A stretch of DNA of 57,608 nucleotides from Octopus sinensis (GCF_006345805.1 NW_021833593.1:1-57608); one strand, 5' to 3'. Positions 1 to 12,637 are shown, counted from the stretch's first letter. The notes: generated by a model from the sequence alone, not told the origin. Translations and numbers: made by a program.

Positions 1-9
1 TAGATAGAT

Positions 10-43
<34 letters not shown>

Positions 44-183
44 GTGATAGATAGATGTACATACAAGTTCTTATATATACAGCGGTATATAAGTATATAC
101 ATATGTAAATATAAATGTGTGTATATATTACATATATATAATATACATACAGCAATATAAGTGTATACATATTTAAATATAAA

Positions 184-215
<32 letters not shown>

Positions 216-1289
216 CTATATATATATATACACATATATATAACTATATATAAATAATAGATAAGTGTATATATATATGTAAATAAAATGTGTGTGTTTA
301 TATATATACATACATATAATATATATATATAATATATATAATATATATATATAATATCTATAAATATTATGTAATATATATAAATATATACACACATATA
401 TATATAGTATATAAATGTGCATATGTAAATTTGTATATGTGCGTGTGTGTGTGTATATATATATATATAATATATATATGCTTACACATACGCATGCACA
501 CAAGAATGCACATACACATACATATACTGCATTAGGATAAATGAAACAGAAATGTGCATTAAGTTGTTTTGGTCTCTCCATGAAAAGTAGCTCCTTTAGA
601 AAATCCGTAGATTTTTTTGTGGGGGGGGGAGTGGGGCTCTGTCTCCAGAATTGAAAAAAAAAAATGAGATCGACTTGACATACTTCAGCCCTCTTTTTCT
701 TTTCCATTGCCTCTCACCATTTTCCTAACTCCAGAAAAAAAATATCAGATTATATAGATGTTTACTCTATACACAAACATGGTTAGAACTAACTTGGTCT
801 GGGTGAGTTTGCATATATCATGGAACCATATATTAACTCATAGGAATATCATCATCATCGTTGTTATCATCATCATCATCATTGAACATCCATTTTTTTA
901 TGTTTGCACAAGTTGGATGGAATTCCACTCCACATCTCTTCAATTTTCAATGTTACCTCCATCACTTCCATATAAAATATGGATCTCTCTCTCATATTTC
1001 ATCTCTGGTCTACAATTGTTATTTTATCACACGAGTCTCCTTATTGAAAATCACCATCTTTCTTTCTTTCACCTCTCTTCTCTTGCTATTGCGATCTCTT
1101 CGTCACTCAATCCATTTTTTCCCCATCTCTTCCTCTATTTAACTGTTGCTGGTCTCACAAAAAAACTATTTCCTTTGCAAACTACTAACTCCCAGCCTGT
1201 CAACATCTCACCTGCCTTGTTGTAATCTAATCTTCCTTTTTTCTTTCATCTCTCTCATCAAAGCCACTGCTTTCCCTTTTCAGTTTTAG

Positions 1290-1346
1290 ATAAATGAAAC
1301 CAACCAACAAAATAACTGGGCACAACAATTGGTTTTATATATATAT

Positions 1347-1388
<42 letters not shown>

Positions 1389-1600
1389 TAAGTAGAGACA
1401 AAACCACTATTAAGCAAATCAAACAATGAAAAACTTAAGCCAATACATATGATTAATTTATATTATTTAAATATGTAACAAAATTATTAAAAAAATATAA
1501 TTAATATCACACTACAATCGTTTCATGCCTGCTGTCTTCAAATTTTCGAGTCGCAGTCATTCATCAGGTGGTTTAAATATTTTTCTTGGCGAGGTTTAAA
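1290..1600 (-). mobile_element. Possible Penelope-like pseudo-LTR remnant with a degenerate hammerhead-like motif
   Basis: Minus strand 1570-1509 reads CCAC-CTGATGA-ATGACTGC...GCAGGCAT-GAAAC-GATT-GTAGTG: CUGAUGA core, stem II and GAAAC are present, but stem III is non-canonical. Confidence 0.35.
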
Positions 1601-1639
1601 CAATGAACTCATATATATATATATCGCATTTTATATGTA

Positions 1640-1858
1640 TGAGGGAGTGCTGAAAAGTTTCTGGTTTTAAGGGTATCATAAAGGCCTAGTTTTAGACCCA
1701 AAATTCTGAGTTCTTTTGCAGAGCTTAGAAAAACTGAAGAACCATTGCAATAAGTGTGTGAATTTGAGAGGGGAATATGTTGAATAAAATCATAATTAAC
1801 TGATCCTCCTGTATTATATTTTTCCCAAAGCCAGGGACTTTTCTCTACCCCCCTCGTA
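1640..1858. mobile_element. Short non-autonomous mariner-like element (MITE)
   Basis: Imperfect terminal inverted repeats GAGGGAGTGCTGAAAAGTTTCTGG ... CCAGGGACTTTTTCTCTACCCCCTCG; a second left end follows at ~1897-1945. Confidence 0.45.
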
Positions 1859-2170
1859 TGTATACACACACACACACACACACACATGTATTTACAAGAG
1901 GATGCTGAAAAGTTCCTGGTTTTAAGGGTATCCTAAAAGACCTTGCTCGACTAAAAGCAGTGCTCCTGCATGGCCACAGTGAAGTGACTGAAACAAGTAA
2001 AAGAGTAGAATGTTAAAACTTAGTGTGCATGCACAGCTGAGTTTAAGGTCAATCTTTGCCAAGTGGCTTCACTCTGAGTGCTTTAACTTCGTTACTATGA
2101 CAACAGTCCGGATACTTATTGATCAGACTTTTGTAATCCTTTCATGTAATCCTTGTTCTTTTCTCTGCAG

Positions 2171-2270
2171 GTTTTGAACCAAGTTGTGCCAAAATTGTCA
2201 ATTGGGGACTGTGCTGGGGGCCATAGACAGGAAAACAGAAGCAAAAGCCGGGATATAATGTTGCAGCCAC
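2171..2270 (+). CDS. Receptor-type PTP, D2 domain exon (VLNQVVPKLSIGDCAGGHRQENRSKSRDIMLQP)
   Basis: ttctctgcag acceptor, gtgagt donor, phase 0 to 1; ENRSKSRDI matches the PTP N..KNR motif region and splices in frame to 3165. Confidence 0.9.
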
Positions 2271-2309
2271 GTGAGTAGAACACACCACAATTCCATCACT
2301 GCACTTCTG

Positions 2310-3008
2310 TTGGGTTGTCCGGAAAGTTTGCGCCGATTTTTAAAGGAAAGAAAAAGGTCAATAAATACTTGCCATTAGATCTTTAATCAACCAAATATGA
2401 ACCATTTTGTTGCATTTTGTCTCCATCTTTCCTTTAACTTGAAAATACCCTCTTCCCAGAATTGAGATGGTTTCATGGCAAAGAATTCATCAAGGTATCT
2501 TTTTACATCATCCAAGGAATTGAAATTTTTACCATTAAGACTATTCTGCAGAGACCTGAATAAGTGGAAATCCGAAGGAGCAATATCTGGTGAATATGGA
2601 GGGTGGGGTAACACATCCCAGCCGAGCTGCAGCAATTTTTGACTGGTTCCCAAAGTATCAAGTGCCGAAAATGAACTTTCTTATCTTCCATTTTAAAGGG
2701 TTACAGAATTAATAGGAACATAAACCATCTTCCATGAAAAGATAGCTTAAACTGTGCTCTAAATGGAGGTGGAGTCAAATCCTATTTTATGGACTCAATC
2801 ATGTTCTAAAATAAGTCGAAAGGTAAGCTACTATAAATCGGCAAGAACTTTCCAGACAACCCAATATATTGAGAGAAAAGCAGAGCTAGCTTAAACTGTG
2901 CTCTAAATGGAGGTGGAGTCAAATCCTATTTTATGGACTCAACCATGTTCTAAAATAAGTCGAAAGGTAAGCTACTATAAATCGGCACAAACTTTCCGGA
3001 CAACCCAA
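2310..3008 (-). mobile_element. Internally deleted mariner transposon with a duplicated end
   Basis: TIR TTGGGTTGTCCGGAAAGTTTG at 2310, complements ending at 2864 and 3008; ORF 2387-2653 has the mariner motif LPHPPYSPDIAPSDFHLF. Confidence 0.9.
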
Positions 3009-3164
3009 TGCATCACTACTACAGACTTTAAATGATGCTGATGACACACACATACACACTCTTACATGCATGCACACATGCTCAGGCACACATTCGCATG
3101 CATATACGTATACACATAATACAGAAGCCTACAGTTCTAACCCTTCCTCTCTTCTATTCCACAG

Positions 3165-3241
3165 CCGAAAGAGCCCGTCCATATTTGCTGAGCAATGACA
3201 AAAGTGATGACAGCGACTTTATTAATGGTGTCTACGTAGAT
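3165..3241 (+). CDS. Receptor-type PTP, D2 exon (ERARPYLLSNDKSDDSDFINGVYVD)
   Basis: ccacag / gtaagt, 77 bp, phase 1 to 0; DFING is the PTP DYINA motif. Confidence 0.93.
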
Positions 3242-3649
3242 GTAAGTATATAGAAAACCAAACATACATATACAAATATATATATATATGTATGTGTGAA
3301 TATATATATCTAGGTGTGTGTGTGTGTTCTTCCCTACTATCCCTCTTGCGTCTAACGTCTGACCTCTGACCTCTGACTTCTGCCTGAAATCAGAATGCCA
3401 TGATGGACCGTTAGCTCCTACACGCATTTTTTTCTCTCTCCTTGTTTCTCTCCTTGTTTTTTCTGTGTATCTTTCTGTCGAAGAGCATAGGCTCGAAACG
3501 TAAAAGACTTGTTTTATTTCTATTCCTGAGCGCCATACTAATACAATTGATTGTTTGTGGTCCACCTGCCTACGCCTTTTGTTTATTTTCGTAAACCTGC
3601 CTTCGTCTTTTGTTTATTTTCGTAAACCTTCCCGCTATATATATATATA

Positions 3650-4047
3650 CTAGCAGTATCGCCCCGCGTTGCTCGGGTTTGTAAGGGAAATAACTATACA
3701 AGCATTTTTAGAGAGTTATAGCCAAAAAATAGCAAAAAAATGCATTAAAAATGGAAAAAAAATGATGGTAAATTTTTTTTTAAATCGTTGACTCATCGTA
3801 GACATTTTTAGAGAGTTACTTCCCTTATATAATAGCGAAAAAAATGCATTAAAATGGGAAAAAATGATGGTAAATTTTTTTAAAATCGTAGACTCATCGT
3901 AGACGTGCGCTAATACCCAAAAGGGCTCGATATGAATCACGACTATAAGATACCCGGTTTTGGTTAAACTGCACCGCAAAATGTGGGAGTAGTTAGGAAT
4001 CTAAATCGTAGGAGACAGACACACAACTTCTCTTTTATATATAAAGA
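3650..4047 (-). mobile_element. Non-autonomous Helitron-like element
   Basis: Minus strand A|TC...CTAG|T termini; the same family lies on + at 41232-41627. Confidence 0.7.
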
Positions 4048-4315
4048 TATATATAATATATTATATATATATATATATATATGCTGGTTTGTACATTAAA
4101 AAAACTCCTTTAAAGCACCAACCAAGGGAGGTAATTCCAAGACGACCAGGTTTATCTCCTGCAGAGACAACAGCAAACCTTCACCAAATTGCCGTTCACC
4201 TATCGCAGTTTATTATTTAAGCTTACACCAATTCCTCCTTCGTGCTGTTTTGCATTTATAATAAAACATATATGTACAAATTACAAAAATAAAAAAAAAA
4301 AATATACAGTACAAT

Positions 4316-4906
4316 GGCGCAGGAGTGGCTGTGTGGTAAGTAGCTTGTCTGCCAACCACATGGTTCCGGGTTCAGTCCCACTGCGTGGCACCTTGGGCAA
4401 GTGTCTTCTACTACAGCCTCGGGCCGACCAAAGCCTTGTGAGTGGATTTGGTAGACGGAAACTGAAAGAAGCCCGTCGTATATATGTATACGCTGGCGCA
4501 GGAGTGGCTGTGTGGTAAATAGCTTGCTAACCAACCACATGGTTCCGGGTTCAGTCCCACTGCATGGCACCTTGGGCAAGTGTCTTCTACTACAGCCTCG
4601 GGCCAACCAAAGCCTTGTGAGTGGATTTGGTAGACGGAAACTGAAAGAAGCCCGTCGTATATTGTATATAATATATATATGTGGGTGTGTGTGTTGTGTG
4701 TCTGTGTTTGTCCCCCTAGCATTGCTTGACAACCGATGCTGGTGTGTTTATGTCCCCGTCACTTAGCGGTTCGGCAAAAGAGAACGATAGAATAAGTACT
4801 GGGCTTACAAAAAAGAATTAGTCCCGGGGTCGAGTTGCTCGAATAAAGGCGGTGCTCCAGCATGGCCGCAGTCAAATGACTGAAACAAGTAAAAGAGTAA
4901 AAGAGT
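4316..4906 (+). mobile_element. tRNA-head SINE family A, with the head duplicated in tandem
   Basis: GGCGCAGGAGTGGCTGTGTGG head, GGTTCAGTCC B-box-like motif, (AGTAAAAG)n tail; heads start at 4316 and 4495; many copies in the window. Confidence 0.85.
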
Positions 4907-5320
4907 TCGGACACTGGTAGAATCATCTTCTCATCATCATCATCATCATCGTTTAACGTCCGTTTTCCATGCTAGCATGGGTTGGACGGTTCAACTGGGG
5001 TCTGGGAAGCCAGAAGGCTGCACCAGGCCCAGTCTGATCTGGCAATGTTTCTACGGCTGGATGCCCTTCCTAACGCCAACCACTGTGTCATATAAAACAT
5101 CTTTTGCTCTTAGCGTTTTTGAGAAAAGCTTATATTTACGAAGTAATTTCACGTTAAAGTTCTCGTATTTCGGTAATTTCAACCAATCAATGACGTGTAT
5201 TCAGCTGAATAAAATTACTGCTGTTGTTTGTCAACAACAACTATCAGCGGTGTATTTTTCGTTTGTCACTGTTGTTTATGACATTGTTCATGCATTTGTA
5301 CTGGTTTTAGCTTTAAGGTT

Positions 5321-5393
5321 TTAGGGTTAGGGTTAGGGTTGGGGTTTTAGGGTTAGAGTTAGGGTTAGGGTTAGGGTTGGGGCTTTAGGGTTA
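5321..5393 (+). repeat. Interstitial (TTAGGG)n-like array
   Basis: About 10 perfect or degenerate TTAGGG units. Confidence 0.8.
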
Positions 5394-5774
5394 GAATTAT
5401 GGAAACAAATGGAAAATGAAGCTCGAACGATTATGGTGGTACCATGCTTCAGATACACTCATTTATTTATACAGACGTAACTGAGATGAAATATGTTATT
5501 CTCTGCCACCAGGATTAATGGAATAGAAGAATAACTGGAAGAACTTAACCAGCTGTTTTGTTATTCCTCTTTATTTTGTAATTCCATTCTGGTATTCTCT
5601 GCTACCAAGATTAATGGAATAGAAGAATAACTAGAAGAACTTGGCCAACTATTTTATTATTCCTCATCATTTTGTAATTCCATTCTGTTATTCTTAATAA
5701 CCAGAGCAACTTGGCTTGCAGTTCCATTATTCTCTATTGTTTTGTAATTCCATTCTGTTGTTCTGTGTCACCAG

Positions 5775-5906
5775 GGTTACTGGAACCGAAACAATTACAT
5801 CGTAACACAGTGGCCAATGAGGAGCACCATTCGTGACATTTGGCGTCTAGTTTACGACTACAAGGTGAACACCCTAGTTCTACTCAACGATGTCAAGTTT
5901 TCCAGA
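5775..5906 (+). CDS. Receptor-type PTP, D2 exon (GYWNRNNYIVTQWPMRSTIRDIWRLVYDYKVNTLVLLNDVKFSR)
   Basis: caccag / gtaagt, 132 bp, phase 0 to 0; YIVTQWP and DIWRLV match the IxTQxP and DFWxM motifs. Confidence 0.95.
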
Positions 5907-5968
5907 GTAAGTATCATTCTTATACACCTACACACACATACACACACTCTCGCACTAACAGTCATACC

Positions 5969-6745
5969 TATTTCTTTACTACCCACAAGGGGCTATAAAC
6001 ACAGAGGGGACAAACAAGGACAGACAAACGGATTAAGTCAATTACGTCGACCCCAGTGCGAAACAGGTACTTAATTTATCGACCCCAAAAGGATGAAAGG
6101 CAAAGTCAGCCTCAGCGGAATTTGAACACAGAACGTAAAGAAAGACGAAATACCTATTTCTTTACGACCTACAGGGGGATAAACATAGAGGGGACAAACA
6201 AGGACAGACAAACGGATTAAGTCGAATACGTCGACCCCAGAGCGTAACTGGTACTTAACTTATCGACCCCGAAAGGATGAAAGGCAAAGTCAGCCTCAGC
6301 GGAATTTGAACTCAGAACGTAAAGAAAGACGAAATACCTATTTCTTTACGACCTACAGGGGGATAAACACAGAGGGGACAAACAAGGATAGACAAATGGA
6401 TTAAGTCGATTACATCGACCCCAGTGCGAAACTGGTACTTAATTTATCGACCCCGAAAGGATGAAAGGCAAAGTCGACCTCGGCGGAATTTGAACTCACA
6501 ACGTAAAGAAAGATGAAATACCTATTTCTTTACTGCCCACAAGGGGCTAAACACAGAGGGGACAAACAAGGACAGACAAACGGATTAAGTCGATTACGTC
6601 GACCTCAGTGCATAACTGGTACTTAATTTATCGACCCCGAAAGGATGAAAGGCAAAGTCAACCTTGGTGGAATTTGAACTCAGAACGTAACGGCAGACGA
6701 AATACGGCTACGCATTTCGCCTGGTGTACTAACGTTTCTGCCAGC
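5969..6745 (-). mobile_element. tRNA-head SINE family B, body tandemly repeated about 4 times (~186-bp unit)
   Basis: Minus-strand head GGCGAGCTGGCAGAAACGTTAG, B-box GTTCAAATTCC; similar arrays at 47001-48085. Confidence 0.85.
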
Positions 6746-6882
6746 TCGCCCTCCCACACTAACAGTCATACCATTAAACTCATACACATATTAATACAGT
6801 TGTTACTAAACCAATACACACACAAATCCATATGCCATTAAACTAACACACATGCACTAACACATACACAACTTTGGATGCA

Positions 6883-7750
6883 TATGAGGGTGAGTCAAAA
6901 AGTAAAGCCATTTTGTTTAGGACAGGAATAATTACCAACACAGGAACATATATCATGCATCAAAATGAAGCTGATCCTCTGTGGATCACATCCCTACTTC
7001 TCAACGTAGTCACCGTTTCTCTCAATAGCAATGTTTCACCTTCGAATGAGACCATGTATCCCTGCCCCGTAAAATTCTGTTGACTGTTCTTTGAATCACA
7101 TCTTCGTTACAGTTTTCACTTCCATGTCACTGGAATAATTTAGCGTCTTCAGACTATCATCTCTTCAGCCCCATGAAAGAGGGTTTGAGAGGCAAACATT
7201 ATTCCAGTGACGAGGAAGCGAAAATTTCTGTAGGAATTGACGTTACTACCGTTTTTAACCCCAGGACACACACACACACACACTTACACATACGAGGGTG
7301 AGTCAAAAAGTAATGCCATTTTGTTTAGGACAGGAATAATTACCAACACAGGAACATATATCATGCATCAAAATGAAGCTGATCCTCTGTGGATCACATC
7401 CCTACTTCTCAACGTAGTCACCGTTTCTCTCAATAGCAATGTTCCACCTTCGAATGAGAGCATGTATCCCTGCCCCGTAAAATTCTGTTGACTGTTCTTT
7501 GAGCCACTTCTTCACTACCCCCAGACTCACCAGATTTACCCCCTTCAGACTATCATCTGTTGAGGAAGTGAAAACTTCTGTAGGAATTGACGTTACTACC
7601 GTTTTTAACCCCAGGACACACACACACACACTTACACATACGAGGGTAAGTGAAAAAGTTAATGCCATTTTGTTTAGGACAGGTATAATTACCAATACAG
7701 GAACATGTATCATACACCAAAATGAAGCTGGTCCTCTGTGGATCACATCC
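6883..7750 (-). mobile_element. Three head-to-tail mariner-derived composite units
   Basis: TIR-like (A/T)CGAGGGTGAGTCAAAAAG at 6883, 7292 and ~7640; minus strand encodes the mariner C-terminus EQSTEFYGAGIHALIRRWNIAIERNGDYVEK; related pieces at 8123-8330 and 48690-49072. Confidence 0.8.
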
Positions 7751-7781
7751 CTACTTCTATATATATATATATATTATATAT

Positions 7782-7930
7782 ATATTATTAGTGAATTGAA
7801 GAAATGGAGTCGAACGAAGATTGAACAGAAATCGTTTTATTTCATTCTACACGTGTTTCGAAGGCAATGAAATAAAACGATTTCTGTTCAATCCTCGTTC
7901 AACTCCATTTCTTCAATTCACTAATAATAT
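7782..7930. repeat. Palindromic (foldback) element
   Basis: About 65-bp near-perfect inverted arms around a ~19-nt spacer. Confidence 0.8.
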
Positions 7931-8581
7931 TAAAATTCAATTATCCGCACCAAGGCACGATTGCAACACCATATGGTTGTACCTCCAACCGTGCTGTCTT
8001 CTGCTGTGATTTTTGCTACCAAGGTATCGGTTAAACTTTTGATTAATCTGCTACAAGATTATTCATCTTTCTATTTCACATAATATATTATATATATATA
8101 TTATATATATGCATACACATCCCTACTTTTCAATATTGTCACCATTTCTCTCAATAGCAATGTTCCACCTTCGAATGAGAGCATGTATCCCTGCCCCGTA
8201 AAATTCTGTTGACTGTTCTTTGAGCCTCTTCTTCACTACAGTTTTCACTTCCTCGTCACTGGAATAGTGTTTGCCTCTCAAACCCTCTTTCATGGGGCTG
8301 AAGAGATGATAGTCCAGTGACGAGGAAGCATAGTGCCACCAACACGAGGGCCAGTCAGGCGGTACTGGCAACGGCCCCGCTCAAATGGTGCTTTTATGTG
8401 CCACCTGCACAGGAGCCAGTCCAGCAGCACTGGCAACGAGCTCGTTTGAATGTTTTTTCACCTGCCACCAGCACAAGTGCCAGTAAGGCGATGCAGGTAA
8501 CGATCACGCTTGAATGGTGTTATTTTACGTGCCATCAGCACGGAGGCCAGCTTGTTGCTTTGGCAACAATCTCACTCATAT

Positions 8582-8963
8582 GGAAGCACTCCGTCGGTTA
8601 CGACGATGAGGGTTCCGGTTGATCCGAATCAACGGAACAGCCTGCTCGTGAAATTAACGTGTAAGTGGCTGAGCACTCCACAGACACGTGTACCCTTAAC
8701 GTAGTTCTCGGGGATATTCAGCGTGACACAGAGAGTGACAAGGCTGGCCCTTTGAAATACAGGTACAACAGAAACAGGAAGTAAGAGTGAGAGAAAGTTG
8801 TGGTGAAAGAGTACAGCAGGGATCACCACCATCCCCTGCCGGAGCCTCGTGGAGCTTTAGGTGTTTTCGCTCAATAAACACTCACAACGCCCGGTCTGGG
8901 AATCGAAACCGCGATCCTACGACCGCGAGTCCGCTACCCTAACCACTGGGCCATTGCGCCTCC
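8582..8963 (-). mobile_element. tRNA-head SINE family C
   Basis: Minus-strand head GGAGGCGCAATGGCCCAGTGGTTAGGG (A box) and GGTTTCGATTCC (B box); related copy at 10196-10548. Confidence 0.8.
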
Positions 8964-9139
8964 ACTCTCACTCATATGGTACTCTTAGCGCTCCACTAGC
9001 ACGGATGCCAGTTATTGAATAACTAAATTTCTCTCAGCTTATTAACCCCATTCCTTGTCTCCACACATTGAGCAGTGCACATACATACATACATACACCC
9101 CTCATTTTCATTTTCATCTAGTTTCAGCTCACGAGCTGT

Positions 9140-9480
9140 GGCCATGCTGGAGCACCGACATTCAGTGTTGCCACATGATTTTACTTCACGAATGCTTTTT
9201 AGCAATTGACATTTGGTGCATGAGAGAGTTCGATGCAGCTGCCCTCATCTGCACCTCCTGCTGTGAAGTTGGTTCATCTGGGACACCTGACAGGAAGAGG
9301 TCCAGCTTTATTTTAAAGACATCCGCATCCACCCCATGCAGGTCTCTCAGGTCCTTCAGGAGGATATTGAAGAGCTGTGGACCTCTGAAGCCCAGGCTAT
9401 CGCAGTATCTTGTCCTACATCTTGATGGCAAATTTGGAGTCCTTGGCACTATGCATATCTACAGTAACAATTAGCTGAAT
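9140..9480 (-). mobile_element. LINE ORF2 3' fragment (CR1/L2-group-like)
   Basis: SLGFRGPQLFNILLKDLRDLHGVDADVFKIKLDLFLSGVPDEP resembles the post-RT C-terminus of these LINEs. Confidence 0.65.
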
Positions 9481-9582
9481 TTCTCTTACTTTGTTACCTC
9501 CATTCCTTCAATCCACACATTGAATGATGTCTTGATCATATCCCCTTCCATGACTGATTTTCCTATTCATTTTATTTTCCAG

Positions 9583-9705
9583 GGTTACCCTTGCTTTTGG
9601 CCAAAGGACGTTAACCAAGAGAAGAAATATGGCCCCATAGGAGTCAAATACTGCCGTACATTCAAATACCCTGACATGTCTGTTCGCTTGTTCAGGGTTA
9701 GAAAG
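9583..9705 (+). CDS. Receptor-type PTP, D2 exon (GYPCFWPKDVNQEKKYGPIGVKYCRTFKYPDMSVRLFRVRK)
   Basis: ttttccag / gtaact, 123 bp, phase 0 to 0; CFWP is the C.xYWP motif. Confidence 0.93.
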
Positions 9706-9900
9706 GTAACTATATATATATGAATTTATACATGTGCACACAATTATGCGCGTAAACAGAAAATCATTTACATATTGAGGTGTGCAGTATTCTTACATAC
9801 ATACATGCAGACAGGCATGCATAAATAACTATATGTATATGCATATATATATATATATATATTCTGTACTACAATGCTTCAAGTGAACTACAGTGCTCTC

Positions 9901-9931
<31 letters not shown>

Positions 9932-9933
9932 CA

Positions 9934-10185
9934 CTAGCAGTATTGCCTGGTGTTGCTCGGGTTTGTTTCGACCCTTTAAAATTGGAATTTTTGAAAAGTA
10001 AATATTTTGCATTATGGAGCTTGTTATTCTCTTTAAGTGAACATTTTTCTGGTTGAAATACACCAAAAAATGGTGACACAGCAGTCAAAAAATCGTAAAA
10101 AATAGGGATTTTCATAGAAAAAAAGCACCTTTTTGATGTAAATAATTTTTGGTGTTAACATGGTCTGATTTGAATTTTTTTCTTC
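9934..10185 (-). mobile_element. Truncated Helitron-like 3' end
   Basis: CTAG terminus at 9934; reverse complement of the element ending at 34872. Confidence 0.65.
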
Positions 10186-10195
10186 TGCGGAGCGT

Positions 10196-10548
10196 CGTGG
10201 ACCTTTTAGGTGTTTTCGTTCAATAAACACTCACAATGATAAAGGTGGCCCTTTTCAAGCCTAGCCAGGCTCATGGGCCCGGTTTCCCAGTTTCTGTGGC
10301 GTATGTGTTCCTCCCAGCTGGACGGGAAGCCAGTCCATTGCAGCGCTACTCAAGAAACAGGAAGAGAGAGTGAGAGAATGTTGTGGAGAAAGAGTTCAAT
10401 AGGGGTCGCCACCACGCCCTGCTGGAGCTCTGTGGAGCTTTTAGGTGTTTTTGCTCAATAAACACACACAATGCCCGGTCTGGGATTTGAAACCACGATC
10501 CTACGACCATGAGTTCGCTGCCCTAACCACTGGGCCATTGCGCCTCCA
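10196..10548 (-). mobile_element. SINE family C-related copy
   Basis: Same tRNA-like head as 8582-8963. Confidence 0.75.
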
Positions 10549-10588
10549 CGCATAAAATATATGCACACATGTACATAGCTATGTATAA

Positions 10589-10623
<35 letters not shown>

Positions 10624-10769
10624 TGTATACTTACCAAGATAGACACACAGAAACATCACAGTTGTTATTTTTAAAATATGATTAACCTTCTCTTTCTGTT
10701 GCTACCCTTTACCAGCGCTGCGGTGTTAAAGTAAGTAATTTAGCGCTCTCTCTCTCTCTCTCTCTCTCT

Positions 10770-12075
10770 CGTTGTCACAGTGACGTTTGTGTCACTCTTA
10801 TGTCCGCCTGTCACATCTGCATCATACTGTCACTGCTGTCACAGTTGTGACACTTATCCTGTGTCACACTGCCACAACAGTTGCAGCTGCATCGTAACTA
10901 TATCTCATTGTCACTTCCATTATAGTTGTGATACAATAACTGTGTCACAGTCACACTATCACGGCATCTGTGGCACAGTGTGTCACAGTGTTTCTGCTAC
11001 TATTATGGTTGCAACACAGCACTTGTGTCACAACTGTCATAGCAGCAGCAGCATGTCAAATTCATCTTGTTATCACTACTGTTACAGTTGTGACACAACA
11101 TCTGTGTGTCACAGTTACATTGTCACAGCAACAGCAGAACAAAATAACTCTTTTGTCACTGCTGTTACAACTGTGATAGATCAACAGCATCTCGCTGTCA
11201 CAGTAGCACATTTATTGCATCTTGTCACTGCTGTTACAGTTGTGACACGGCACTTTTGTTACACTGTTGCAGCCACACAGTAACTTCTTATCAATGCTGT
11301 CACAGTTGCAACAAAACCCTTCTGTTGCACTGTCTCAGCAGCACAGTAACTTGTTGTCATTTGTGTCACAATTGCGACAAAGCCCTTCTGCCACACTGTC
11401 ACAGCAGCACAGTAACTTGTCATTGCTGTCACAGTTGTGACACAGGGCTTCTGTCACACTGACATAGCTGCACAGTAACATGTTGTCACTGCTGTTACAG
11501 TCGTGACAAGACTTCTGTCACACTGTCACGGCAGCACACTACCTTGTCATTTGTGTCACAGTTGCAGCAAAGCCCTTCTGTCATACTGTCACAGCAACAC
11601 AGTAACTTGTCATTGCTGTCACAGTTGTGACACAGGGCTTCTGTCACACTGACATAGCTGCATAGTAACGTGTTGTCACTGCTGTTACAGTCGTGACAAG
11701 ACTTCTGTCACACTGTCACGGCAGCACAGTAACTTGTCATTTGTGTCACAGTTGTAGCAAAGCCCTTCTGCCACACTGTCACAGCAGCACAGTAACTTGT
11801 CATTGCTGTCACAGTTGTGACACAGGGCTTCTGTCACACTGACATAGCTGCACAGTAACATGTTGTCACTGCTGTTACAGTTGTGACAAGACTTCTGTCA
11901 CACTGTCATAGCAGCACAGTAAGCTGGTGTCACTGCTAATACCACTGTAACACTGCATGTGTCATTGCTGCAACAGCTGCGGTACTGCAACTGTGCCTTG
12001 TGATCGCTGCAGTCACAGCTGAATACACCATTTGTGTTACAGTGTCACACCTGTGACACACCATACACATCACAC
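10770..12075. repeat. TGTCAC-rich satellite with a 190-bp higher-order unit of three ~63-bp subunits
   Basis: ACAGC(A)GCACAGTAACTTGTCATTGC recurs at 11401, 11591 and 11781; contains the palindromic GTCACAGTTGTGAC core. Confidence 0.85.
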
Positions 12076-12449
12076 CATACTATACTGTGTTGTAATTTCA
12101 CGCGTACATGTATACTGACATACATACATATGCACAAAAGACCCCTATGCCCTTCTGGGGCTATGTCCCCAAATTCCGATCAAAAGCTTCATTGAAACAC
12201 CCCTGTTGCCACCCAGATTTTCTCATACCTACCCTTATTTCATTACCACCATTACTTCACAACCCATCCTGCTCCCTCTGACCCCTCCCTGTCTCAGAAG
12301 TCTTTCTACTGGCAAGCATGGTCCCCTTTCCCTTATCTCGCAATCCCCTCCCTTTCATCTTTACATTGTCCGTTGTTGTGTACCTTCTTCGTCCAGTTCT
12401 GTATGCAGACCCGAAAATAAAGTCGTTTCAGTGTTTCCATTACTTACAG

Positions 12450-12637
12450 AGCTGCGTCACTCTGCCCCCACGGGACATGAAGGACGAGAGCAGACCTGTG
12501 AGGATGTTCCAGCTTCTGAATTGGCCGAAATCCAACAAGGTCCCACCCAACACTATGTCATTTGCCTATCTCTTGGGCTTGGTCGAGGAATGGCAGGCAC
12601 AGACAAACTCACACAGCCCAATCGTAGTTATATCAAA
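12450..12637 (+). CDS. Receptor-type PTP, D2 exon (SCVTLPP...RMFQLLNWPKSNKVP...SPIVVISK)
   Basis: ttacag / gtacgt, 188 bp, phase 0 to 2; the WPD-loop position reads WPK, and PIVVIS occupies the PxxVHC position. Confidence 0.92.

Noticed and set aside
758-1290. 155-aa plus ORF and a purine-rich minus strand as a possible upstream PTP exon or LINE piece
   Set aside because: No PTP motif, no convincing splice pair, no recognisable LINE motif.
8900-8963. tRNA-like sequences (also ~10490-10548 and ~50730-50795)
   Set aside because: They run into SINE bodies, lack a complete acceptor stem and T-run terminator, and occur in several copies.
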